Shown: positions 1 to 8,208, numbered from the stretch's first letter. The stretch is 50,379 nucleotides of DNA from an uncultured Candidatus Saccharibacteria bacterium (GCA_964589005.1 CAZPQI010000002.1:1-50379); one strand, 5' to 3'. Program-made: numbers and translations. The notes: generated from the sequence alone by a model not told the origin.

Positions 1-53
1 TTTCAGTCGTCTTGTATACCGGCTCCGTCTTTCTCGTGCTACTGCGACGGAGA
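1..53 (-). repeat. Possible truncated copy (E0) of the tRNA-3'-linked repeat family, cut by the window edge
   Basis: Lies downstream (minus sense) of tRNA-Lys and its hairpin. It shares only the 10-nt block GAAAGACGGA that opens copies E1 and E3. The rest lies outside the window. Confidence 0.3.
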
Positions 54-91
54 AACATTAAACCCCGACTAATTAGTCGGGGTTTAATGTT
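54..91 (-). terminator. Strong hairpin directly 3' of tRNA-Lys
   Basis: Perfect 16-bp arms AACATTAAACCCCGAC / GTCGGGGTTTAATGTT around TAATTA. Confidence 0.6.
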
Positions 92-95
92 CTAG

Positions 96-168
96 TCCGC
101 CCACTAGGACTCGAACCTAGGACCCACCGCTTAAAAGGCGGTTGCTCTACCAACTGAGCTATGGGCGG
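96..168 (-). tRNA. tRNA-Lys (anticodon UUU)
   Basis: Manual cloverleaf of the reverse complement: acceptor CCGCCCA/UGGGCGG, D arm GCUC-AGUUGGU-AGAGC, anticodon stem ACCGC/GCGGU with loop CUUUUAA, T arm CUAGG-UUCGAGU-CCUAG. No CCA is encoded. Confidence 0.9.
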
Positions 169-227
169 ATTGTTCAAAAATATAGCACATGAAAGCTATT
201 TTCACAGTATATTGTATAGTATTTTGC

Positions 228-710
228 ATGAAAGAAGTGATAATCATATTGCATAACATACGCAGTACTCACAACGTAGGGTCTATGTTTAGAACCGCGG
301 ATGCGTTTGGGGTGTCAAAAATATATCTTACCGGGTATACCTCAACTCCTATTGATAGATTTGGACGCATACAAAAGGATATTGAAAAAACTGCGCTCGG
401 TGCCCAAGAATATATTACGTGGGAGCACCAAGAAATTAAAAAAACTGTAACCACACTTAAGAAAAATGGATTCGAAATTATTGCAGTAGAGCAAGACGAG
501 CGTTCAGTGTCGTTAGAAGAGTACATCGCACCAAAAAAGTTAGCGCTTATCTTTGGCAACGAAGTACGAGGAGTTTCAAAACAGTTGCGGGACGCGAGCG
601 ATAGTATTATAGAAATCCCAATGCACGGAAAAAAAGAATCTCTTAATGTAAGTGTTACCGCAGGTATTGTGCTATTTTCTGTAACTTCTTCCTCTAACTC
701 TAATAGTTAA
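228..710 (+). CDS. SpoU/TrmH-family RNA 2'-O-methyltransferase
   Basis: The translation has the SpoU pattern: NIRSTHNVGSMFRTADAFG, LIFGNEVRGVS, IPMHGKKESLNVSVTAGIVL. I prefer the internal ATG at 228 (MKEVIIILHN) over the ORF-track start at 189. Confidence 0.8.
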   Translation: MKEVIIILHNIRSTHNVGSMFRTADAFGVSKIYLTGYTSTPIDRFGRIQKDIEKTALGAQEYITWEHQEIKKTVTTLKKNGFEIIAVEQDERSVSLEEYIAPKKLALIFGNEVRGVSKQLRDASDSIIEIPMHGKKESLNVSVTAGIVLFSVTSSSNSNS

Positions 711-1611
711 ACACATCAACAGTTTTATTATTCTCGTCGAGGAGGCGAATAATTTCATAATTCTCTCGCCACAAAAGTCGGTCTTGGTTTAAGAAAATGC
801 GCCAATTCTTTTTAGAGTAGAAGTCTGAGTCGTCTTTAAAAGAGGCACTACAAAAATTATAGGTTAATCGAGGTTGTATATATTCGCGACACGCCTGTGT
901 GAGACTTTCAAATCCACGAAGACTATCGGTTACGTATTTGCATCTATCCATGCCTTCGATAAATTCGACACACGAACCGCCGAATTCTTTCAGGTTTGGT
1001 GCGGTTGGTATGAGTACTGTTTTAGGGTCAATACACGAAGACTGAATTGATGGAGCAAAATCTTGTGTGGTTCCCAGAAAACCAGAGCATTTATTAACAC
1101 GAAACGAAACTCCAACGGGGGATTGGCGCGTAGATATTATGACGCGATCTCCTGGTTGTAAATATATATCTTGTAGTTCGTTCACTTCGTTTGCTATGTA
1201 GAGCTCAGCACCTTGGGGAATGCCTATCCATTCGTCACTTACCAAACTCTGCACCGACCAATTGCTGATATTAATTGGTTGCACATTCTTTTCGTTGGCG
1301 ATTATTTCAACGTATTCGTAAAACATATCTGTTGTTTTAGCAGAGGGAGTATTTTTTACGAAAGACACCATACCTACAACGGGCGAGAGTTCTCCTAATT
1401 CTTCGAGGCTCACTTGTGCGGGGCCGAGTTTCTTTCCAATTCCAAGAGGGTCGGTGATTCGTTTAGCTACCGCCTGAAAGTAAGTGGTCTGGGGAAGTTT
1501 AGTATATAGAGTTTCGGGGGTACTTGCGTACGATGCAACAAATTTAAGAAATAACCACAGTGTGAGTAAAATAATTATGGAAAGAAATATCCAGAGTATT
1601 TTTTTAAACAT
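700..1611 (-). CDS. Hypothetical N-terminally membrane-anchored extracytoplasmic protein
   Basis: 303-aa ORF with a hydrophobic N-terminus (ILWIFLSIIILLTLWLFL) and several Cys in the C-terminal half. I recognise no catalytic motif. Confidence 0.55.
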   Translation of the reverse strand: MFKKILWIFLSIIILLTLWLFLKFVASYASTPETLYTKLPQTTYFQAVAKRITDPLGIGKKLGPAQVSLEELGELSPVVGMVSFVKNTPSAKTTDMFYEYVEIIANEKNVQPINISNWSVQSLVSDEWIGIPQGAELYIANEVNELQDIYLQPGDRVIISTRQSPVGVSFRVNKCSGFLGTTQDFAPSIQSSCIDPKTVLIPTAPNLKEFGGSCVEFIEGMDRCKYVTDSLRGFESLTQACREYIQPRLTYNFCSASFKDDSDFYSKKNWRIFLNQDRLLWRENYEIIRLLDENNKTVDVFNY

Positions 1612-1613
1612 AT

Positions 1614-2891
1614 CTATATAGTATCAGCACTCGTACTCGTGCCAAGTAGATTTTTTAGCTCTTCACGTGCAACTTGCGCGTCGCTCCATTCTTCACGAGT
1701 TCCGTTTGCACGCATTATAAAAGGGTCCGTACCTTTTCCGGTGATAAACACAGCACTAGCTTTGCCTATATATGCAAGATTAAATGCAGCGCGAATTGCT
1801 TTACGTCTGTCCATAACTACCTGAGGTTTTTTCTGCATGCCTGCTGCCATTTCTTGCACTATGGATTCTGGATTTTCGTCGTAGGGGTCTTCGTCGGTAA
1901 GAATGACACGCTCACAATACTTTTCGGCTAGTGCTGCCATTTTAGGTCGTTTCCATGTGTCGCGTCCACCTCCTGTGTTGCCAAGTACACAAATTTTTGT
2001 TCGGCTGGGGAACGCAAGGTAGAGTTTTTCTAAAGATTCTAAGGTGTGAGCGTAGTCAACTATGACGTCGAAACTTTGACCCTCATCTATTGGTTCCACT
2101 CTGCCAGGAATAAGGCGTGTGGCCTCAAGCCCTGAACGAATGGCAGGTGTCTGCACACCAATTGCCTGAGCAAAAGATGCAGCGGCAAGCATGTTGTACA
2201 CCGTAAATTCTCCAGGGATTGGCGAATGTATGGCGGTTTTATTAAAAGTAATGTCAGTTCCTTCCTCGCTTGTGCTCCAAGGCTCTGCATGTGAGAGGGC
2301 ATACGGAATCGCCGTGTCGACATCCAATCCTAAAAAGTCAGGTCCATATTCATCGTCTGCATTAGCTACAATTATTCTCTGTTCTTTTTTTGACTGCACG
2401 AGTGCATCTCCAATAGAAAACTTAGCACGGATGTAATTTGCAAAAGAACCGTGCGACTCAATGTGTTCAGCTGCAATATTAGTGAAAATAAGAGCGTCTA
2501 TGTCGATGCCAACGTGGCGAAATTGCTTAGCGCCTTCCGATGTCATTTCCACAATTACCCAGTCGCACTGTGCGCTTACTGCTTTACGCAAAAAACTCTG
2601 CAAGAAAAAACGACCTGGCATTGTCATTTTAAGTTGGTTCGGTTGTGAATTTTCTCCTATCTTAAAACGAATAGTGCTTGCAAGCGCAGTAGTGTATCCC
2701 GCATGTTCTAAAATTCCATTAACGAATTCGCAGACACTCGACTTTCCTTTAGTTCCTGTAACGGCGATTACTTTTAATTCGCGTGCAGGATACCCATACA
2801 AACGCGCACCTACGTGCGCGAGCATTTTGTGGTATATAGGGGCCAGTGTTTCGAAGAGAGCGACGGGAATAATTTTTTTTAATGCGTCCAT
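1614..2891 (-). CDS. murE: Mur ligase family protein, MurE-like (UDP-MurNAc-tripeptide synthetase)
   Basis: P-loop VIAVTGTKGKSSV, DYAHTLESLEKLY, and GNTGGGRDTWKRPKMAALAEKYCERVILTDEDPYDENP. At 425 aa it is shorter than a typical MurE at the N-terminus. Confidence 0.7.
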   Translation of the reverse strand: MDALKKIIPVALFETLAPIYHKMLAHVGARLYGYPARELKVIAVTGTKGKSSVCEFVNGILEHAGYTTALASTIRFKIGENSQPNQLKMTMPGRFFLQSFLRKAVSAQCDWVIVEMTSEGAKQFRHVGIDIDALIFTNIAAEHIESHGSFANYIRAKFSIGDALVQSKKEQRIIVANADDEYGPDFLGLDVDTAIPYALSHAEPWSTSEEGTDITFNKTAIHSPIPGEFTVYNMLAAASFAQAIGVQTPAIRSGLEATRLIPGRVEPIDEGQSFDVIVDYAHTLESLEKLYLAFPSRTKICVLGNTGGGRDTWKRPKMAALAEKYCERVILTDEDPYDENPESIVQEMAAGMQKKPQVVMDRRKAIRAAFNLAYIGKASAVFITGKGTDPFIMRANGTREEWSDAQVAREELKNLLGTSTSADTI

Positions 2892-2915
2892 TTTTTTGAG
2901 TTCCTTAACTTTTTA

Positions 2916-3476
2916 CTAGTCAAGAAGTTTTAGCGCGTGTTTTAATCGACTACTAGCGCCCGTTACTTCACTTGGTACTTTCTTCAACGCGTTTCGAGCT
3001 TCGGTAATTGTGTATCCCATTGCAGCAAGCGCGTCGATTGCATCAGCGTCTTCTTTAAGGATGGCACTACTGCCAACGTTGGCAACCTTGTCTTGCAGTT
3101 CGAGTACAATTTTCTGCGCACTCTTTGCGCCGATACCGGAAACTTTTGTAAGATAAGAGGTGTCGCCTTGGGCTATTGCACTAGTGAGAGTTGCAACATC
3201 AGTAAGTCCTAAAATAGAAAGTGCAGATTTAGGACCAATACCCGATATACCAATGAGCTGTTCGAAAAAAATTAAATCCTCTCGCGTAAGAAAACCAAAT
3301 ATATCGAGTGAGGTTTCGCGAACTGAAAGATACGTCCATAGCCGTATTTCTTTATTTTCAGGGGTGTGAGCGAGCGTTTCTGGCGTTATAAATATCCGAT
3401 AACCGACTCCTCCTACGTCTAAGATGCAATATTCGGGGTCTTTGGCGACGACTATACCGCGCAGTTGTGTAATCAT
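2916..3476 (-). CDS. ruvA: Holliday junction DNA helicase subunit RuvA
   Basis: MITQLRGIVV...VGGVGYRIFI N-terminal OB fold, HhH motifs (ISGIGPKSALSIL, VSGIGAKSAQKIVLEL) and a C-terminal domain III. Start taken at the internal ATG 3476. Confidence 0.9.
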   Translation of the reverse strand: MITQLRGIVVAKDPEYCILDVGGVGYRIFITPETLAHTPENKEIRLWTYLSVRETSLDIFGFLTREDLIFFEQLIGISGIGPKSALSILGLTDVATLTSAIAQGDTSYLTKVSGIGAKSAQKIVLELQDKVANVGSSAILKEDADAIDALAAMGYTITEARNALKKVPSEVTGASSRLKHALKLLD

Positions 3477-3551
3477 TATGCAAATCATACCATGTGACTC
3501 GGGTATAAAGACATTTGCGTTTAACCGTTAGATACAGTACTATGTCGCGCA

Positions 3552-3815
3552 ATGGCAACATCAAAGTCAGGTAACAAATCAGTCAAACAAGCAGAGGCAA
3601 AGCGTGTATTTAACGTGCGTCGTTTGCGAGCTATGAAAGATGCTATCAAACAAGTAGCAGTACTTGTGGATGCAAAAGATACAAAGGCAGCAGAAAATAT
3701 TTTACCTAAAGCATTTAAAGCTATCGACAAAGCTACTAAACGAGGAATTTTGAAGAAGAGCACCGCATCTCGCAGAAAATCAAAACTTGCACGAGACATT
3801 GCAGGAGTAAAGTAG
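3552..3815 (+). CDS. rpsT: 30S ribosomal protein S20
   Basis: 87 aa and basic. KSVKQAEAKRVFNVRRLRAMKDAIK ... AIDKATKRGILKKSTASRRKSKL is the typical S20 pattern. Confidence 0.9.
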   Translation: MATSKSGNKSVKQAEAKRVFNVRRLRAMKDAIKQVAVLVDAKDTKAAENILPKAFKAIDKATKRGILKKSTASRRKSKLARDIAGVK

Positions 3816-3817
3816 AG

Positions 3818-3841
3818 ATCGCTCGAAAGAGCGATTTTTTA
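3818..3841 (+). terminator. Rho-independent terminator of rpsT
   Basis: ATCGCTC-GAAA-GAGCGAT followed by a T run. Confidence 0.75.
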
Positions 3842-3913
3842 GTTGCATTCTCGCTAAGAGTTGAACCTACTTTTAGTGACGCTCACGGCTATCCAAAACT
3901 GCTATAGTTTATG

Positions 3914-4666
3914 TTAACGCAATGAGACTAAGGCACCGTATAATCCTGATTTTCCTTTAAGGTCAGTGATTTTACTTTTTGGACATCGGACATTTTTTAA
4001 AGCAACTTGTATTCGGTTTTTTTGTTGAACAGATATACCACCTCCAATCACGAAAACTTCAAAATTGTAATTCTCTGCTAGAGATGGCAGAGTTTCCTTT
4101 AAAGAGGTTAATATTTCTGTCCATTCTGATTCGTTTAATTTTTGGGCGGGTTTACCAAACCTCTTTTTAATGTTGTCTCCACCTATTTCGTGTTCTAGCT
4201 TATATATAGGTTCTCTATTTTTCGGTCGACTAACTACTGCTTCAGTTTTGTTCCAAATTATCTGAGCACATCCAACACCAGTGCCCCATGTAATGTAGAA
4301 AAAACCAGTTTGGTTAGGTTGACTAAAATAAGCCTCTCCCAAAGCTCCCATCTCGGCATCGTTCTTTACATGAATTAGACAGTCAAATTTTCCTGACAGA
4401 TTTTTTGCCAAAGGTTTATGAATCCAATCAGGCAAATTAGTAGAACCATCAAGTATGCCGTCACTATTTATACTTCCAGGTAAACCAATAGCGATAGCGG
4501 TGATTTTAATATTTAAAGAATTAATTTCCTCAATAATCTTTGTGACGCCTTGAATATAATCTTGTGGTGTTTCAAAAGAAATTTCATCACGAAATACAAC
4601 ATCCTCTAGTGATTCACAGGTAACGATTCTGATATTTGTACCTCCAATATCTATTCCAATAAACAT
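3914..4666 (-). CDS. ROK-family sugar kinase (glucokinase-like)
   Basis: N-terminal MFIGIDIGGTNIRIV, GLPGSINSDG, and NDAEMGALGEA, the actin-fold ATPase motifs of ROK kinases. Confidence 0.75.
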   Translation of the reverse strand: MFIGIDIGGTNIRIVTCESLEDVVFRDEISFETPQDYIQGVTKIIEEINSLNIKITAIAIGLPGSINSDGILDGSTNLPDWIHKPLAKNLSGKFDCLIHVKNDAEMGALGEAYFSQPNQTGFFYITWGTGVGCAQIIWNKTEAVVSRPKNREPIYKLEHEIGGDNIKKRFGKPAQKLNESEWTEILTSLKETLPSLAENYNFEVFVIGGGISVQQKNRIQVALKNVRCPKSKITDLKGKSGLYGALVSLR

Positions 4667-4771
4667 ATCATTTGTAAGTAGTCACTATTCTATCTAGCAA
4701 ATCTTTATAAATTACGATTCAATAATTTATCCTTCGGTGTGTTCTTTAACTTCCGAAGAAGTTTCAACGTG

Positions 4772-4843
4772 TGCTCCCGCTAGGAGTCGAACCTAGATCT
4801 CAGGTTCCGCAAACCTGTATTCTATCCATTGAACTACGGGAGC
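4772..4843 (-). tRNA. tRNA-Arg (anticodon GCG)
   Basis: Cloverleaf: acceptor GCUCCCG/CGGGAGC, D arm GUUC-AAUGGAUA-GAAU with A20, anticodon stem CAGGU/ACCUG with loop UUGCGGA, T arm CUAGG-UUCGACU-CCUAG. Confidence 0.85.
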
Positions 4844-4897
4844 AGTTACAGCCGTACTATACAAAATTATTGAGTTTTTACCAGAGCAAGTGTAGCG

Positions 4898-5021
4898 AAA
4901 AACCTGCTCGGCTAGATGTAATTCAAGGAGCATGAGTAAAATGGAATAAGTTGTATTGAACATACAACGAGCGACAATTTTATGATATGCGACAAAGGAG
5001 TACGCTAGCCGTGTAGGTTTT
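4898..5021 (+). repeat. Family-2 structured intergenic repeat, copy A
   Basis: 17-bp closing stem AAAACCTGCTCGGCTAG / CTAGCCGTGTAGGTTTT enclosing ATGTAATTCAAGGAGC, the hairpin GTTGTAT-TGAAC-ATACAAC, and GCGACAAAGGAGTACG. Aligns with copies at 20019-20138 (reverse complement) and 50205-50368. Confidence 0.75.
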
Positions 5022-5023
5022 AC

Positions 5024-5485
5024 TTAGAATCCGAACATCTCAAGTAGTCGCTGTAAAAACGGCTCGTGGATTTCTTCTTCAGGTAGATACTCTGATAAAT
5101 AGGCGTGGATTTTCTCTGTGTCTGCCGGGTCAAGTTCAGCAATTAGGTGGGGAGTCATAAATTTACGAGCGTCTATAATTAGAGTCGGATTTTCGGTGTC
5201 ACGACCGTGAATCCAAAAAGCAACCAACATTTGATATGGATACAGAGAATCTTCAATAGTAATACCTCGCTTGGAAAGAGAAAATGTAAGTTCGCGAGCT
5301 GGTTTTTTTGCAAGAAGAGCCATGGTACAGGAGCCAACTAAAATAAGTAACGCAAACAAGAAATTTTTAAACAGTAGCGCCACAATTGCGCTTGATACCG
5401 CGACAATGCCAAGTGCCCAAAACCAATCGGTGCTTTTTTCTGAGTGTTGGTGTTCGTATGCTTTCCAGATAATATCTTGTGGCAT
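5024..5485 (-). CDS. Hypothetical two-TM membrane protein
   Basis: 153-aa ORF with two adjacent hydrophobic helices (WFWALGIVAVSSAIVALLF, FLFALLILVGSCTMALLA) and a soluble C-terminal domain. Confidence 0.55.
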   Translation of the reverse strand: MPQDIIWKAYEHQHSEKSTDWFWALGIVAVSSAIVALLFKNFLFALLILVGSCTMALLAKKPARELTFSLSKRGITIEDSLYPYQMLVAFWIHGRDTENPTLIIDARKFMTPHLIAELDPADTEKIHAYLSEYLPEEEIHEPFLQRLLEMFGF

Positions 5486-5633
5486 AGTTCAAGTATACCA
5501 ACTTAGCAGTTAGGTTTGAGAGTTGTATTTTTAGTTGGTGCATAACAAAAGTAACAATGCATACACGCATTGTGTTACTTTTTAGTAGCAGTATGTCGAC
5601 AGAAAGGTTTCTCTTCAATAAGATTACCAGTAT

Positions 5634-6674
5634 ATGGATGCTCAAGAAAAAAAGAATATGCCAAATACAAAATTACTAAAAGTTGTAACAATAGGCGGTG
5701 GCACTGGGCAGTCGGTTCTTCTTACTGGACTAAAAGAATATCCTCTGCAACTTACTGCGATAGTATCGATGGCAGATGACGGAGGTTCAACTGGTGTGCT
5801 ACGTGATGAACTTGGTGTGCTTCCTCCAGGGGATGTGCGTATGTGTTTGGTAGCCCTTTCAAATGCGGCACAAGAGTTACGAGAACTTTTTCAATATCGT
5901 TTTGAGAATGGAGGAATGTCGGGGCACACGTTAGGTAACTTGTTTCTCAGTGCACTTCAAAAAACGTCCGGAAGTTTTAGTGATGCAATAACAACAGCAG
6001 GAAAAATTTTGCAGGTACAAGGAAGAGTCATTCCAGTTTCCGAAGAAGACATGCGCCTCATTATTACTTTAAAAGACGGCTCACAGTTGCGAGGGGAGCA
6101 TTATTTGAATGATAACGAACAGGTGCGAGAGCAGGGGGTCGTAGATGTGATTCTTGAAAATCGAGTAACGGCAACGAAAGCGGCGGTTGAATCTATACAC
6201 ACAGCTGATGTGATAGTAATTGGACCAGGTGGGTTGTATGACAGTTTGCTGCCACCGTTATTGGTAAGCGGGTTTTCAGAGGCAATTCAAGATTCAAATG
6301 CAAAACTTATTTATATCAGTAATTTAACAAATAAGAAAGGACAAACCGAACATTTCACTGTGCAAGATTACGTAACCTCTATAGAGGCGCATTTAGGAGA
6401 AAGAAAGATTGACACAGTTATGTGCAACAGTGCACATCCCGATGACGAACTGCTTAAAAATTACGAAGAACAAGAAGGTGTAGATGCTTTGGTTGTTTGC
6501 GCAGTGAATGACGGGGACTCGTACAAGACGATTTTTGTTGATGTGCTCGCAAATGCTGCTCCGGTAGTACATTCGGGAGATTCGATTGGAAAAAGTCGGT
6601 CACTTATTCGTCATGATAGTGACAAGCTAGCCAAAGCTATTGTAGAGTGTATATACGAGCATGAAAAACACTAA
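5634..6674 (+). CDS. yvcK: YvcK/CofD-family protein (gluconeogenesis factor / UDP-sugar-binding morphogenesis protein)
   Basis: VVTIGGGTGQSVLLTGLK, VSMADDGGSTGVLR and GDVRMCLVAL are the signature of the family. An alternative start is at 5658. Confidence 0.85.
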   Translation: MDAQEKKNMPNTKLLKVVTIGGGTGQSVLLTGLKEYPLQLTAIVSMADDGGSTGVLRDELGVLPPGDVRMCLVALSNAAQELRELFQYRFENGGMSGHTLGNLFLSALQKTSGSFSDAITTAGKILQVQGRVIPVSEEDMRLIITLKDGSQLRGEHYLNDNEQVREQGVVDVILENRVTATKAAVESIHTADVIVIGPGGLYDSLLPPLLVSGFSEAIQDSNAKLIYISNLTNKKGQTEHFTVQDYVTSIEAHLGERKIDTVMCNSAHPDDELLKNYEEQEGVDALVVCAVNDGDSYKTIFVDVLANAAPVVHSGDSIGKSRSLIRHDSDKLAKAIVECIYEHEKH

Positions 6675-7623
6675 CAACATACTTCTTGCAGTTTTCATAT
6701 ATTTTGTATCATTTACGTTTGTATATGCATCAAATGGGGCTGGGCTGGTGAATGGCATATGGTTTTCAGATGATCAAGTGAGCGATTTTGGAGAAACGAT
6801 TGTATATTCTGTAGTTCGAAATCAAACTGAAGAAAAAATACAAGGTATAGCGACGCTCGTTGTAGATGGGGTAGCAGTAGGTGTTCAGCAAGTAAGTATA
6901 AGTGCTGGCGATATTCAGAGAATAGGTATTGGATACACATTTTTCTCAGGAGAGAGAAATGTAAGTATGAGTTTTACTGCAGGAAATAATGTTGAAACAG
7001 CGATTGCAGAACTAGCTACGCAAAAAGTGTTTGTTGTTCGAGATACTGATGGTGACGGTATTAGAAACACAACTGATACTGACGACGACAACGATGGAAT
7101 ATTAGACACAGAAGACAGTGAGCCTTTAGTAAAACAAATCATCCCTACGCCCGAAATCAATTTAAGTGAGACTGGTAGAAACTTTCTTGAGAAAATAACA
7201 AGACGTGCTAACAAGAGTACAGAAGAGTCTGTCAGCGTTGCAGAAAATAACACTTCTAATGAAGCAACAACAGGTACGAGCACGAATGCATTCGTAGATA
7301 CACTCCTCTCTCTTGAAAGTGCTCGAAAAAGAGCAGCGATAGCACTGCAGGGATACGAGGAAGAACGAAGAGCCAAATTAAAAGAGCTTGAACAACTAGA
7401 GCAGGAAAACATAGATGCGGTAGAGGGCTTTGTTCCTTCGGCTGAAGATGAGGGTAAGAAGCGCGAACAGCAAATTGCCGCAGCAGGAGCCGCAACATTT
7501 GGATTTATGCTTGAGAAGAGATGGGTATTTTATCTGGAACTCGTAGTGCTTACGTTGGGGATATTACATTTGCTCATACTCTGGTTCCGTTCTCGTTTTA
7601 AAAATGTGGGTGAAGAAGAATAG
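6661..7623 (+). CDS. Hypothetical secreted protein with Asp-rich (thrombospondin-type-3-like) calcium-binding repeat and C-terminal TM anchor
   Basis: Signal-like N-terminus (ILLAVFIYFVSFTFVYA), DTDGDGIRNTTDTDDDNDGILDTEDSEP, and a C-terminal helix (WVFYLELVVLTLGILHLLILWF). Confidence 0.6.
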   Translation: MKNTNNILLAVFIYFVSFTFVYASNGAGLVNGIWFSDDQVSDFGETIVYSVVRNQTEEKIQGIATLVVDGVAVGVQQVSISAGDIQRIGIGYTFFSGERNVSMSFTAGNNVETAIAELATQKVFVVRDTDGDGIRNTTDTDDDNDGILDTEDSEPLVKQIIPTPEINLSETGRNFLEKITRRANKSTEESVSVAENNTSNEATTGTSTNAFVDTLLSLESARKRAAIALQGYEEERRAKLKELEQLEQENIDAVEGFVPSAEDEGKKREQQIAAAGAATFGFMLEKRWVFYLELVVLTLGILHLLILWFRSRFKNVGEEE

Positions 7624-7640
7624 TTAAGAACTTCTTAATC

Positions 7641-7660
7641 TGCGGAGAGGGCGAGATTCG
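7641..7660 (-). repeat. Exact 20-nt duplicate of the 3' end of tRNA-Ser (second copy at 7836-7855)
   Basis: TGCGGAGAGGGCGAGATTCG occurs at 7641-7660 and again at 7836-7855, which is half of the T loop, the T-stem 3' strand, the acceptor 3' strand and CA. Confidence 0.95.
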
Positions 7661-7776
7661 GCCACCCGTCACTAAGTATAATTTTCGTCTTCCAACTCAA
7701 TTTTACTAAGTACGCTCGACCCCGACTCAGCGCTTCTTCGTGCTTTGGCACGCGCGCTTCCGTCTTTCGAATCCAG
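7641..7776 (-). repeat. tRNA-3'-linked structured repeat, copy E1 (downstream of tRNA-Ser)
   Basis: Minus sense reads CTGGATTCGAAAGACGGAAGCGCGCGTGCCAAAGCACG...GGGGTCGAGCGTACTTAGTA...ATACTTAGTGACGGGTGGCCGAATCTCGCCCTCTCCGCA. It shares blocks with E2 and E3. The terminal stem is GGAUUCG/CGAAUC. Confidence 0.8.
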
Positions 7777-7791
7777 CTCTTAATCTACATT

Positions 7792-7833
7792 AAAACAAAA
7801 AAGATGCACCTATCAGTACATCATTTTTGTTTT
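7792..7833 (-). terminator. Hairpin directly 3' of tRNA-Ser
   Basis: 18-bp arms (2 mismatches) AAAACAAAAAAGATGCAC / GTACATCATTTTTGTTTT. Confidence 0.55.
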
Positions 7834-7837
7834 ATTG

Positions 7838-7922
7838 CGGAGAGGGCGAGATTCGAACTCGCGGTACCTTGCGGCACTCTGGTTTTCAAGACCAGTGCAT
7901 TCAACCACTCTGCCACCTCTCC
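7838..7922 (-). tRNA. tRNA-Ser (anticodon UGA), long variable arm
   Basis: Acceptor GGAGAGG/CCUCUCC, anticodon stem CUGGU/ACCAG with loop CUUGAAA, variable arm GUGCCGCAAGGUAC, T arm GCGAG-UUCGAAU-CUCGC. Confidence 0.9.
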
Positions 7923-7977
7923 GTGGGGGTATCCTAACAGATTGCTTTCCTAAAATACAGAATGTTATACTGTAAGC

Positions 7978-8208
7978 ATGTTAAATATATTTGGACAAAG
8001 CCCTTTTCTTTTTATGGTTCTTCTGGCGTTGTGGGTTCTTCCTTGGAAGGGGTGGGCACTGTGGCTTGCGGCACGCCGCAAAGAAAAATGGTGGTTTATT
8101 GAACTGCTTGTTATAAATACACTCGCAATTCTTGAGATTTTTTATATTTTTGTAATCGCAAAGAAAAGTGATACGAAATCCGAGCAGCATGTCGGAGAAG
8201 ATCTGTAA
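7978..8208 (+). CDS. Small two-TM membrane protein (DUF5652-like)
   Basis: 76 aa. LALWVLPWKGWALWLAARRKEKWWFIELLVINTLAILEIFYIF resembles the small membrane protein common in CPR genomes. Its stop overlaps the ruvX start by 1 nt. Confidence 0.55.
   Translation: MLNIFGQSPFLFMVLLALWVLPWKGWALWLAARRKEKWWFIELLVINTLAILEIFYIFVIAKKSDTKSEQHVGEDL

Noticed and set aside
5486-5633. Gene orientation switches from mostly minus (left) to mostly plus (right) around 5.5 kb, suggesting a replication origin. There is also a DnaA-box-like array at 34254-34307.
   Set aside because: No dnaA or dnaN is in the window. The 5.5-kb intergenic region has at best one weak box (GGTGCATAA), no obvious AT-rich unwinding element, and several minus-strand tRNAs lie to the right. 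GC skew cannot be judged reliably by eye. The 34.25-kb array is kept only as an operator or iteron candidate.
7641-7776. The E-family 5' end CUGGAUUCGAAAGACGG resembles the conserved GGAUUCGACGGG near the 5' end of tmRNA, and E1 ends with a tRNA-like T arm and acceptor strand.
   Set aside because: No 5' strand is present to pair with the acceptor 3' strand. There is no tag-peptide reading frame and no pseudoknot series. The element is only about 135-200 nt and occurs in several copies. tmRNA is single copy and about 350 nt.
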